Shown here: in pieces, positions 1 to 10,160 of the stretch | Layout of the letters: each line of letters starts with the position of its first letter | Numbering within the stretch: the stretch's first letter is position 1 | Assembly (NCBI GenBank): GCA_046563655.1 | Contig: CM102290.1 | Coordinates: 12,028,001-12,092,000 of the forward strand | Length of the DNA stretch: 64,000 nucleotides | Direction of reading: 5' to 3' | Source of the DNA: Yuukianura sp. NJ FZ-2021 | Lineage: Eukaryota | Translations under genes and position numbers: made by a program | Notes under the pieces: generated by a model | Databases searched by the model: none | What the model saw: only the letters and a program-made list of their open reading frames with translations | Told to the model about the DNA's origin: nothing

Positions 1-1335
1 TTCATGGGACGTTCCGAGCTTATATTCAATCAATCGGAGAAGAGACGTTCAAAGCCAAATATTCGCATATCAGTTCGCGTAACGTTTGGTTGGAAGAAGG
101 AGAGTTAATCAATGGAACCTGGATTCAACAAGCTGTTGAAGGAGCGATACAAATATTGACGGTAAACTAATAATGAAACTAAGTGTAATACCGAGCGTCC
201 TAAAGTGAGGTGAAGATTAGCTCTCTATCACTCTATCGCTGTCCGTTCTCGAGATATTTTTCAAAATTTTATTTAATAAAATTTTTTCCAAACATTAGAA
301 AATTTCGTTTTACTTGGACGTGAAAATTTTGCCCCTAAAAATAGGTTGTGATCCTCCTACGGCTCACACCGTAGAAGTTCTAAGGAATGTTCAAGTTTTG
401 ACAAAAGAAAACCATGTTCTTATTTCTTTATGTTGTTGTTTTCAGCGTAAGCCTACGAATGGGTCCGAAGAAGTTTTGGAATTTTTCAAGAAATATGAAA
501 CCAAAGCCATGCTGAAAATTTGTCCTTTGTTTTACCTCAACAATCTGCGGTGTTCCGTAGTGTTAAGTCACGGGGATTTCTGGAATGGAAATATGATGTT
601 TACTGTTAACTCAGAGACCAACCTTCCTCAAACGTGTGTTTTTCTTGACTTCCAGGTAAGTTATTAAAAAAGTAAGAATTATTTTAAGTTTTCAACAAAT
701 TATGATTCTTTTTTTTAATTTTTTAATTCCTAGACTATCAACCTTTCAACTCCGGCACAGGATTTGATTTTTTACGTTTTCTTTGTAATGGACGCGGAAG
801 TACGAAAAAGGAACTGGAAGCGTTTACTTAGCTTTTATTACGAACAAGTTCAGCAAGTAATGAGTCAGTACGGACAGAAGATTCAATACAGCCTCAGTGT
901 AAATTTCCAATTTCTTTGTCTTTTAGTCCATGTCCTGCCTAGTTTTACACATTATCTTCTTATTTCTGCTCTTTTTGTTTTGAAAAAAATTTTAAACGGG
1001 AGTAGCCGACTAGGCTTGGTTGCTTTGGAGGCACTACTTTCTTCCAAGAACGGTGCATAACAATATTTTTTCATTTTTAGGACTTGACATACGACTTTTG
1101 TACCAAAAGTGTGGCTGGATTCTTCTTCGGTTTGTATCCAATATTTGGATTCGAAGCTTTGGAAAATGTTGGAGGTGTTCAAAATTCAGATGGAAATGCA
1201 CTGGAAAATCTTTCCGCTACCATGAGCAACTCACTGGACAAACTCATGGACACACGCGGAACAGAATTTTCAAAAAGTATTGTTAAAATGTACAGAGAAT
1301 ATCAAGAGATTGAAAAATATTCACAAGATGATTGA
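1..1335 (+). CDS. Ecdysteroid kinase-like (EcKL / DUF227, choline/aminoglycoside kinase fold) gene, copy 1; 5' part outside the window
   Basis: Exons <1-161, 446-655, 734-898, 1081-1335 join in frame across GT-AG introns. The protein has FHG, the phosphotransferase catalytic loop HGDFWNGNMMF, the metal-binding DFQ, and P(A)QDL.FY, all typical of EcKL proteins. Stop TGA at 1333-1335. Confidence 0.85.
212..270. repeat. Single unit of the palindromic dispersed repeat family in the EcKL copy 1 intron
   Basis: gaagattagctctctatc...gtccgttctcgagatatttttcaaaatttt matches the units at ~3175 and ~51745. Confidence 0.65.
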
Positions 1336-2065
1336 ACAATGAAACATAAGCGACATATACTGCAGCCTAATTTTAAACATAATTTTTGACGTAATTGTAG
1401 CCTTCACATCCTCTCTTCCAATACAAACCCATTCAAAATAATTCTTAATAAACACTAATAATAAAATAATTATAATAATAAAATACTTATTACCATTATT
1501 TATTAATATTTAAAACTGTATTACCATTACTTATTAAAAGAATAATAATAAAATACTTATTTTAGAGACATAATTCAACAGCAGGACATATTTTGGTAGC
1601 GGTAAGCATGGAAACACGCGTTTCTTGAAAAAAGAAAAAATGAAATGATTTGTCCACTCAAGAGGTTCGCGTTTTCTTCTTTTTTTTGCTCTCAGTTGAA
1701 TTTTTGAGAGAAAATAAATAGTTTTTGATAAAAAGTAAAAATTCTTTGAAAGAAAGTGAATGAAATTTTCCGCTAAAAACGTCAGTATCAAGTACAAAAT
1801 GAGTATACGAGAAGTTCGCTTTATTTGTGTTCGGACACGCGTTAAATATCATTTGTTTTTCTTGTTCGTTTTTTTTCTTTTTTTTTTACGAATTTTTTAT
1901 TAAAAATTTGCATGCTTCAGAAACATGACGTTTTGATTCCACTGGCAGTATAGAAAGAAAGCGTTTATCTAACAGATATGAATGTCATTCTACGATTGTA
2001 TTCTCAAGGTTAACATTAGGTAACTCGTGATGTGTTAAGTGGAACTCAATTGAACATTTGATTCG

Positions 2066-2084
2066 TCAGTTATATAAAGTAAGT
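2066..2084 (+). promoter_or_regulatory. Probable initiator (TCAGTT) and short non-coding first exon of EcKL copy 2
   Basis: Arthropod Inr consensus TCAGTT at 2066, followed by a perfect donor GTAAGT at 2079, about 120 bp upstream of the ATG. Confidence 0.35.
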
Positions 2085-2196
2085 TTCCCTTGAAACATCA
2101 CTTTCACGAAAAGTTTCTTGAACATTTTTATCATCCAAACTTGTAACTACGATTTTTCTTTTTCTTGCTTGAAATTTGAGTAATTTGAAATTCGAA

Positions 2197-5071
2197 ATGA
2201 CGGGAGTCGCTAAAGATTTAGTGGAATTCTACACCGAAATTTTACGGAAGAATGGAATAACTGATGAAATTATGGAAGTGACCGTAAAAGTGCCCAAATT
2301 GGCGGGAGAGCAATATGCAAGTCAATGTACGGAAGTTACAGTTCATTTTTTGAACAAGGATGTACCACCACTGGAACTCTTTGTTAAAAATACGGCGGGG
2401 AATGAACAATTTGCGAAGCAAATGGAAGACGTTTTGGTTTTTGAAAAAGAAGCCCAATTTTTTAGCTCACTTCTTCCTGATGTTCTTGAATTTGCCGAAA
2501 AGCATCATGGGTATGACAGAAAAAATTATTAGAAAATTTCTTTTTGGAATTATTTCCTTGTAAATTTCCGAAATATTGTTGTTTTGCTTAATACAGAAAC
2601 GATGGCTCCCTGAAAAGCCTTTTCCCAAAATGCTATCTCGCTACGCGTGACACTGCCATTTTTAAAAATTTGGTTCACAGTGGATACACGAAGCTAAGCA
2701 GATTCACGCCACATAATCTCCATACGGCAGAGTAAATCAGACTATTCATATATAAAATAAATATGGAAATGTGAAAAATATGGAAATTATTTCTTCGCTG
2801 CTTTTGTTCGTAGATTGGTGATAAAAAATTTGGCTAAATTTCATGGGGCGTTCCGCGCTTATATTCAATCAATTGGAGAAGAGACGTTCAAAGCCAAATA
2901 TTCGCATATTAGTTCGCGTAACGTTTGGTTGGAAGAAGGAGAGTTAGTCTATGGAACCTGGATTCAACAAGCTGTTGACGGAGCAATACAAATATTGACG
3001 GTAAATATAATACTGAAACAGAGTGTAATATCGAGTGCCCTAAAGTGAAGTTAGGCATTTTGTCCATTCTATTGTAAAGAATCCTCTCAACAAAAAAGGG
3101 AAGAATTTGATTGGACGAGAATGACTTCGGTATCTTGTTGACCTAATTTTTAATGTTTTTTGAAAGTTTTTCACGAAGAGATTAGATCTCTATCGTTTTC
3201 CGTTCTCGAGATACAAATTTTCAAAATTTTAATAAATTTCGAAAAACTTGAAGGGGAATGAAAGGTGACAGAGAGGTAAACTCTTCACCCCTGAATTCAC
3301 AAAAATATGGAGTATTTTTAGAAATTTTAAAAGGGTACCCTCAGATTTTGACAAAATTTCGTAAAAATCCATTGACTGTAGCCCAAAGAATTTTAATTTT
3401 TCTTAGACTAGAAGGGAAATAAGCCTGATTGTTTTGAAATCAAAGATTATCACGTCACCAAGGAAAAAACATGGCGCTTAAGCCGAGTTCACACTGATCG
3501 CTGATTAAAATAATAATTGTTTACATGAAAATTAGCGGATGGTGTGTGAACTGGGATTTACACGGCGAAAAAAAAACAGCTTTCGTCCCTTGGGTCCCTT
3601 GAAAAATGGTTTCAAAAATTTTGTTGAAATCTAGCCTTATTTTCCCTTTAGTCTAGAGAAAAATGTAGAAAATCGCCTTGACAACTCTCTACTATAGCCC
3701 ATGCTTTTTTTTTTTTTTTTTTTTCCAAAATTTGACAAAAAACTTGATGTTCGATTTTGGAGTGTTCAAAATTTAAATTTTTTTTCTATTTATTGCAAGT
3801 ATCTTGCTAAGTGATTAGGTCTCTATCGCTTTCCGTTCCTGTGATATAAATTTTCAAAATTTAATTCTAATTTTCCAAAAATTTAAAAATTTCATATCTC
3901 GGAAATGGAAAGCGATAGAGATGTAAACAAACTCTTTTCAATATTTGTAAAAATTTCTTATGCCCTTTGAAAGTTTTGCACGAAGAGATTAGCTCGCTAC
4001 CGTTTTCGCGGTATAAATTTTCAAAATTTTGTTTAACAAATTTTTTACAAATATTAGAACGCCTTACTTGGGCGTGAAAATTTTGCCTCTAAGTTGTGAT
4101 CCTGATCACACCGTAGAAGTTCCAAAGAATGTTCAAATGTTGACAAAAAAAAACAATGCAGAATATGTTGTTGTTTTCAGCGTAAGCCTACGAATGGGTC
4201 CGAAGAAGTTTTGGAATTTTTTAAGAAATATGAAACCAAAGCCATGCTGAAAATTTGTCCTTTGTTTTACCTCAACAATCTGCGGTGTTCCGTCATTCTG
4301 AGTCACGGGGATTTGGGGAATGACAATATGATGTTTACTGTCAATTCGGAAACCAACATTCCTCAAACATGTCTCTTTATTGACTTCCAGGTAAGTTATT
4401 AAAAAAGTGAGAATTATTTTAAATTTTCAGAAAAATGTGATTCTTTTGTTTTAATTTTTTAATTTGCAGACTATCAACCTTTCAACTCCGGCACAGGATT
4501 TGATTTTTTACATTTTCTTTGTAATGGACGCGGAAGTACGAAAAGAGAACTGGAAGCGTTTACTTAGCTTTTATTACGAACAAGTTCAGCAAGTAATGAG
4601 TCAGTACGGACAGAAGATTCAATACAGCCTCAGTGTAAATTTCCAATTTCTTTGTCTTTTAGTCCATGTCCTGCCTAGTTTTACACATTATCTTCTTATT
4701 TCTGCTCTTTTTGTTTTGAAAAATTTTTTAAACGGGAGTAGCCGACTAGGCTTGGTTGCTTTGGAGGCACTACTTTCTTCCAAGAACGGTGCATAACAAT
4801 ATTTTTTCATTTTTAGGACTTGACATACGACTTTTGTACCAAAAGTGTGGCTGGATTCTTCTTCGGTTTGTATCCAATATTTGGATTCGAAGCTTTGGAA
4901 AATGTTGGAGGTGTTCAAAATTCGGATGGAAATGCACTGGAAAATCTTTCCGCTACCATGAGCAACTCACTGGACAAACTCATGGACACACGCGGAACAG
5001 AATTTTCAAAAAGTATTGTTAAAATGTACAGAGAATATCAAGAGATTGAAAAATATTCACAAGATGATTGA
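2197..5071 (+). CDS. Ecdysteroid kinase-like (EcKL / DUF227) gene, copy 2, complete
   Basis: ATG 2197; exons 2197-2510, 2597-2731, 2814-3000, 4181-4390, 4470-4634, 4817-5071 are in frame with GT-AG borders. Motifs: GEQYAS, LFVK, FEKEAQFF, FPKCY, LAKFHG, HGDLGNDNMMF, DFQ. The last four exons are near-identical to copy 1. Confidence 0.87.
3150..4030. mobile_element. Composite non-autonomous repeat (palindromic 'ctctatcgcttttcgttctcgagatataaattttcaaa' family) expanding intron 3 of EcKL copy 2
   Basis: The unit occurs at ~3172-3230, ~3815-3862, inverted at ~3880-3921, and at ~3980-4030. An imperfect ~35-bp inverted repeat pairs ~3398-3432 with ~3628-3663. Segments 3155-3360 and 3726-3775 align with 51660-51935. 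Confidence 0.7.
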
Positions 5072-5380
5072 ACAGTGAAACATAAGCGACATATACTGCA
5101 GCCTAACTTTAACATATTCTAAAGTAATCGTAGCCTTCAATTCCTCTCTTCCAATACAAACCCATTCAAAATATATTCTTTACACCGTAAGACTAACCTA
5201 ACTCACATCTAAATGAAAGTCAACAACCTGTAACGTCGTCCGTTATTAACCAATTATTAATTAAAAATCACAAAATTAGATTAAACCGATTATAAATCCT
5301 GATTGACATTGTATAAAACAAATTTTATTTTAATTTCCAACATCATTTTTTTTGCGAACGATGAGGTGCATTTTTGTTCG

Positions 5381-5532
5381 AATTTTGAAGAAGAAAACTT
5401 TATTATAGCAAATTCACCGAAGTTTATCTACGGCGTCTGCGTTATTCTGTATTAAACACAACAATGAGCGATTCATTGGACAAAATCATGGAGATAACTA
5501 AAAAAAAATTTAGTCCGTTACACGTAGGCTAG
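5381..5532 (+). pseudogene. Relic of the last exon of a third, diverged EcKL paralogue
   Basis: One frame reads LNTTMSDSLDKIMEITKKKFSP (ATG 5464) versus LSATMSNSLDKLMDTRGTEFSK in copies 1 and 2. Just upstream, in another frame, NFIIANSPKFIYGVCVIL aligns with DFCTKSVAGFFFGLYPIF. The intervening ~20 codons are missing and there is a frameshift. Confidence 0.55.
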
Positions 5533-5941
5533 GCACAATCAATTTTTCATTGGACCAAGGATTACTACAAATTTTTCAAGTACTTAGTTTACTAAAGTTT
5601 TCGCAGTATCACAGTAAATCATTGGTTTTCACTGAAATTGTTTTCGAAGTTTTGTTTTTCATTTCAGAGAAAAACTTCATTCAAAATTGAGCCCTGTTCG
5701 CTAAATTACTTTGAAGTCCAAAGTTATCTTAATTGCACAATCCAGGGCCCAGATACCAAATGCATAGATATGTATGGAAGACGTCAAATGATGCTGATTG
5801 GATGACGACAAATGCTGTTGATACCAAATAGGAATAAAATAAGAGATTCTGCATTGTGTATCAAAAAGCGCCCGTTCAGAAGTACCGATTTTTGTATCAT
5901 TTCTTCGAGTGTCTTTCCAAATTCTTCGAAATAATTCTACA

Positions 5942-6518
5942 ATGGAAGCCAAATGTAAGATTAAATTTATTCTTAATTTCTTAAATTGGAATTATTTTTG
6001 TTATATTTTTATAATGAATTTGAAAAGGTTGCTCCCATCCTGTTGACAAGTCAGAAGCAAACGTTGTACACCGTTGTTGTCATTATATGGAACACGAGTT
6101 TTCAAAAATTGAAAGTCTAGAGAAAAAAGTTGCAATGTTGGAATGTAAAGTGAAACGACTTGAAGAACTAGAAGACAAAGTTCGTGACCTGGAAGTCAAA
6201 ATTCTGACCATGGAGGATGTTGTTGCTGATGGTAAGATTAGGATTGGTCGTTGGAGCATTGAGGCAAGCTGTTCAGGAGAGCTGGTTTTCCGCGATACGG
6301 AATCGGCGGAAGGAAAACGTTATGCGTTTCCAGTGGGCGGAAACGCAGACATGTACACGTCTGGTACTGGCGGAGAAATTGGTGCCAAGAAAATTGTGTT
6401 TCCAACTAGATGGAGTATCGGTGAAGAGTCTGTGTCGTATTTAGTGTTTCGAGACCGCGGATGTAATGGACAAGACAAAAGATATGCTATGGCTGCTAAC
6501 GTCTATCGTGATGTTTAG
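5942..6518 (+). CDS. Orphan ~167-aa protein: Cys/His-rich N-terminus, coiled coil, and two tandem copies of an 'I.RWSI......LVFRD......KRYA......D' module
   Basis: ATG 5942 exon (MEAK+t), GTAAG intron 5955-6027, exon 6028-6518 in frame with the 143-aa ORF. Heptad-like segment SLEKKVAMLECKVKRLEELEDKVRDLEVKI. Internal duplication: KIRIGRWSIEASCSGELVFRDTESAEGKRYAF versus KIVFPTRWSIGEESVSYLVFRDRGCNGQDKRYAM. Confidence 0.75.
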
Positions 6519-7284
6519 ATTGTATAATTAAACCACTTTTAATTAAAAACGACAAAATAAATGATTTTGATTCGATTTTGATCTAATTCTGGCTGAACTA
6601 TTGGCATTAAACTGGTTCCGTGATTTCGTTCGACCAAGAGATGGAGCTTCTCGGAGCCTACGTGTTACTTGGACTTGGATTAAAGGGGACTTAAGCTTGT
6701 TCTTAAAGAATCCAACGGTAGGTTGGGATTTGGGTGGTGGTTGTTGAGGTGTTAATTGAAAAGACAAAGCCTTATGCAGAATACCCTGTTGGTTGCCCTT
6801 GCCACCTTTGTTGAGGAGACAACAATAGGATGATCTCCCGTTACTTTGGATACGACCACCACTCCAAGGATTTGAGGCCATCCAAGGCTCACTTCGACTA
6901 TGTTTACAGTTTCATTTTCAACCTAACACAGACGTCACCCTACGTTCTACGTCTGGTTCAATTGATCAGTCACTGTGTGTGACGTAGTTTTGTGTAGAAA
7001 GTGACAGTGTGACATGACACAGTGAGAGTCCCTTCGGAATGAAATCGAATTTAGGCCCACCACCATCCACTGCAGAACTCACTGCAAAATCAACCCTCAA
7101 GGGCCTACGTGCACCTCAACATAGGCAACAACTTGCTACGTCAACACAGACGGAGACAGACAACTGCTGACCCCAAATTCAAATCAACAGAAGTCACTCT
7201 TTCCTTCATTTTTGAATTGCAAAGTAAGTGCAGATTGCAATATAACAAGCAAACCGTTGACACTCACTGCGCAAGATCGGAAGC

Positions 7285-9402
7285 ATGGAACAAATGGAGT
7301 CCTTCCGCTCGGACGTGGGAAATCGCTGTCACAGAAGCACAGGTATGGCAAAAAGGCAGAGATTTTGGCGTGAACTGCTTTTGGTTAGCAATGTTAATAA
7401 AAACGGTTTTTTAAAAAAATGGATAAATTGAAATTCTTTCTTTTCTTTTTTCTTTCTTTTTTAGAAAAACTGAAGCGAAGACGCTGGAATGGACGTTGTT
7501 CAAGGTCGTTCCACTGCTTACTAGTGATGTTATTACCCATTACTGTCTTAGCAGCTAATTCAGACTCCCCTACCTCATCAAATCCCACAAACCTTCAGCG
7601 TCTTTCACGTGCTCATCTAGAATTCGCACTTTCGTTTTTTCGTCACCTAACGCAGGGTTCAAATCCTGAAGAAAACGTAGTCGTCTCTCCACGCAGGTTC
7701 AAAATTTAAAATCAAAAGTTTCAAAAGAAAAACTAATTTCCGAAAATAAAGTTTAAGTAATAATGAACATAATTCTTTTAAGAAAGTCATATCTTGTAAA
7801 TTTTATGTTGAAAATCGATCTTTTTAAACGTCTAATTGATCTTTGGATTTAGTATTGCCACGATTCTGTCGCAGCTATGGCTGGGCTCACCAAGTACATC
7901 GGCCACCGCGACGCAACTAGAAGAAGCCATGTATTACAAAAATGGAGGTTTGACGGCTGCGCAGGTCCACGGTGCCTTCCGGTCGTCACTCTACTCGCTA
8001 GAAGATCCAGACTATAAGGTATGGGTTATGGCTAAATGTGAAGTAAAAGTTGTGGAACGGTTTAGCCTAACAACATATATGCGCAGATGCAATTTGTCTA
8101 ATCTGTGCAGAAGCTGTAGTTAAGTTAATATCGCCTGAATACATTATTGTTCTGTTTGCAGAATGTACTACAGAGTGCCAATGCAGTGTTTGTGCAAGCG
8201 GGTCTTGCGTTGAACCCTACGTACGAAGCTTCACTGAAGAAGTTTTACAATAGCACCATTGACGAAGTGAGTTTCGACCAGGGTGAACCCATCACTCGGG
8301 CAATTATAAATCGGTGGGTGGCCAAGGAAACCCAGGGACAGATACCCGTCCTGTTGGAGTCCCCGATACCCAGCGAAACCCGGCTCTTCATTGTCAATGC
8401 ACTAGCACTGCGCGCCCTCTGGAACAACAGTTTTGACCCATCCCTCACAGTGGCCAATGGCTACTTTCACCCTAACTTGAAATCAAGGTACTGTCAAAAA
8501 TTTGTGACTACAAACCATTTTCAAGCGTTTTGCATTTGTATTTTTCTCCCAATTCACCTTTTTTTCCTTGCAGGTTCCAGATTCCGATGATGACTGGGAA
8601 GTTCAACGTTTTGATTGGTTCGAGTCCAGAACTGAAATGTCGCCTCCTGGAACTTCCATTTCGTAGTAGACGCCTCTCCATGTTCATTCTACTCCCTGAC
8701 ATTGATCGCATCAAACGAAAAGGTGACCCAGAGTATTCCAGTAGTGAATCCAAACAGCAAATTTCAAATTTAGCACATCTTGAGAGAAATCTGAACGCGG
8801 ACACTCTAAAAAAGCTTTTTGCAACTCTGAGGGTAAATTCAAACAAATTTTACCTTGCACAGTTTTCAAAAATAACGTTCGGAAAACTTAAAAGCTATTT
8901 CAAAGTGATTCTAACAAGAAAGTTTTGTTTCAGGAAGAAAAAGCAGTGCATGTGAAGCTCCCTAAACTCAGAATCCGAAGTTCCGCCCCCATTATTGAGA
9001 CGTTGTATAAAATGGGGGTGAGTGACCTCTTTGACCCAGGTCGAGCCAATCTGTCTAAAATTTCAAATTCGAGTCAACTCCATGTCAGTGCCATCACACA
9101 CAAGTAAGACCAAGCAACCAATCACAATCACGAGTTATCACATTTTGAACTCTTTTAGTACAAAGTTTGATAAAAATATGTATTTAATGAAATATTTAAT
9201 TAAATGCAGGACTGTGATTGAGTTGCATGAAGAAGGAGCTCAGGCTGCAGCGATTACAGCGACAGAAGTGCAGCGAACGTACGACGTTGTCGGAAACTAC
9301 TTCGAGGTCAACCGTCCCTTCATTTTCTTCATCTGGGATTACCAGAGTGGAGCTCTGCTTTTCATTGGGCGAGTAGCATTCCCAGAACCCCTTAGAAATT
9401 GA
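7285..9402 (+). CDS. Serpin (serine protease inhibitor superfamily), probably secreted
   Basis: Exons 7285-7342, 7465-7696, 7853-8018, 8162-8487, 8574-8832, 8934-9103, 9210-9402. Motifs: ENVVVSP.SI, INRWVAKETQGQI, IVNAL...ALW...FDP, IPMM, LELPF, LSMFILLP, V.LPK, hinge EEGAQAAAIT, FEVNRPFIFFI, LFIGRV..P. Hydrophobic signal-like LLVMLLPITVLAA. AATAAA at 9601. The first exon is less certain. Confidence 0.92.
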
Positions 9403-10059
9403 GGTCGATGACCTCAGGTCAAACGTTAGATTAGGTTTTGTTGGCCTATTCTGTCACAGCAATAGGAAACAAAGAGTCCCACTTCCCATGTCACTTGTTC
9501 CAGCCACAAGGATGCTACCGCTTAGGATTTTTAGACTACTTTTCAAAATTCCCACGTTTTCCAAATACTCACAGACATAAATGATACTCCAATGTATATA
9601 AATAAACAGTATAAGCAATAAAGAGTAATTTTTTATAAATATGAATTTCTTTTATTGAATTTTTAGGAAATCATTCTCCAAAAAAAAATTCCAAACTGTA
9701 GTCATTTTTGTCGAATTGGATATTCATTGGATATACAGTAATAAAACTTCATAGGTTTACTATGCAGTTGCAGAAGTGTGTGGGGGTAGCTGAAAATTTT
9801 GAATAACATTTTTAAATTTCCTTTTTCTTCTTTGAATTCGTCCTGCGTCTACTCGCATGTAATAATGAAAGTAAATTTTGGATTTCCTTTGTGTCAAGGA
9901 TAACTCAACGCTTTAAGAACTTGAAGATGAGAAGGTGTCGATTTTCACATCGATTAGAGAAAAGTACCGGAAGGTGTATTTAATAAGTAGGCGATAATTA
10001 CACACAGACGGACATATACAGGAACGTCACACACAATCAACGAAGGCTTATGGAAAAAA

Positions 10060-10160
10060 TACCGTAAAACTTCCTAGTAAACGCCAGGGTCAAATGTTAC
10101 AGCGCTAGAATGCTTAGTCTTCCTAAACATGCTCGAAAATGTATTAGAAGCTTTACGGTA
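10060..10160. mobile_element. ~100-bp MITE, Tc1/mariner-pogo-like
   Basis: TA|CCGTAAAACTTC ... GAAGCTTTACGG|TA: 12-bp imperfect TIRs with a TA target duplication. The same termini occur at 31989-32130, 36411-36702 and ~49136-49273. Confidence 0.65.

Noticed and set aside
1440..1565. Repeated aataataaaatacttat / attaccatta motifs
   Set aside because: Low-complexity AT-rich slippage repeats at the duplication boundary; no further structure.
6543..6881. 112-aa minus-strand ORF (MASNPWSGG...)
   Set aside because: No recognisable motif or splice support; it could be a small gene but cannot be supported from sequence alone.
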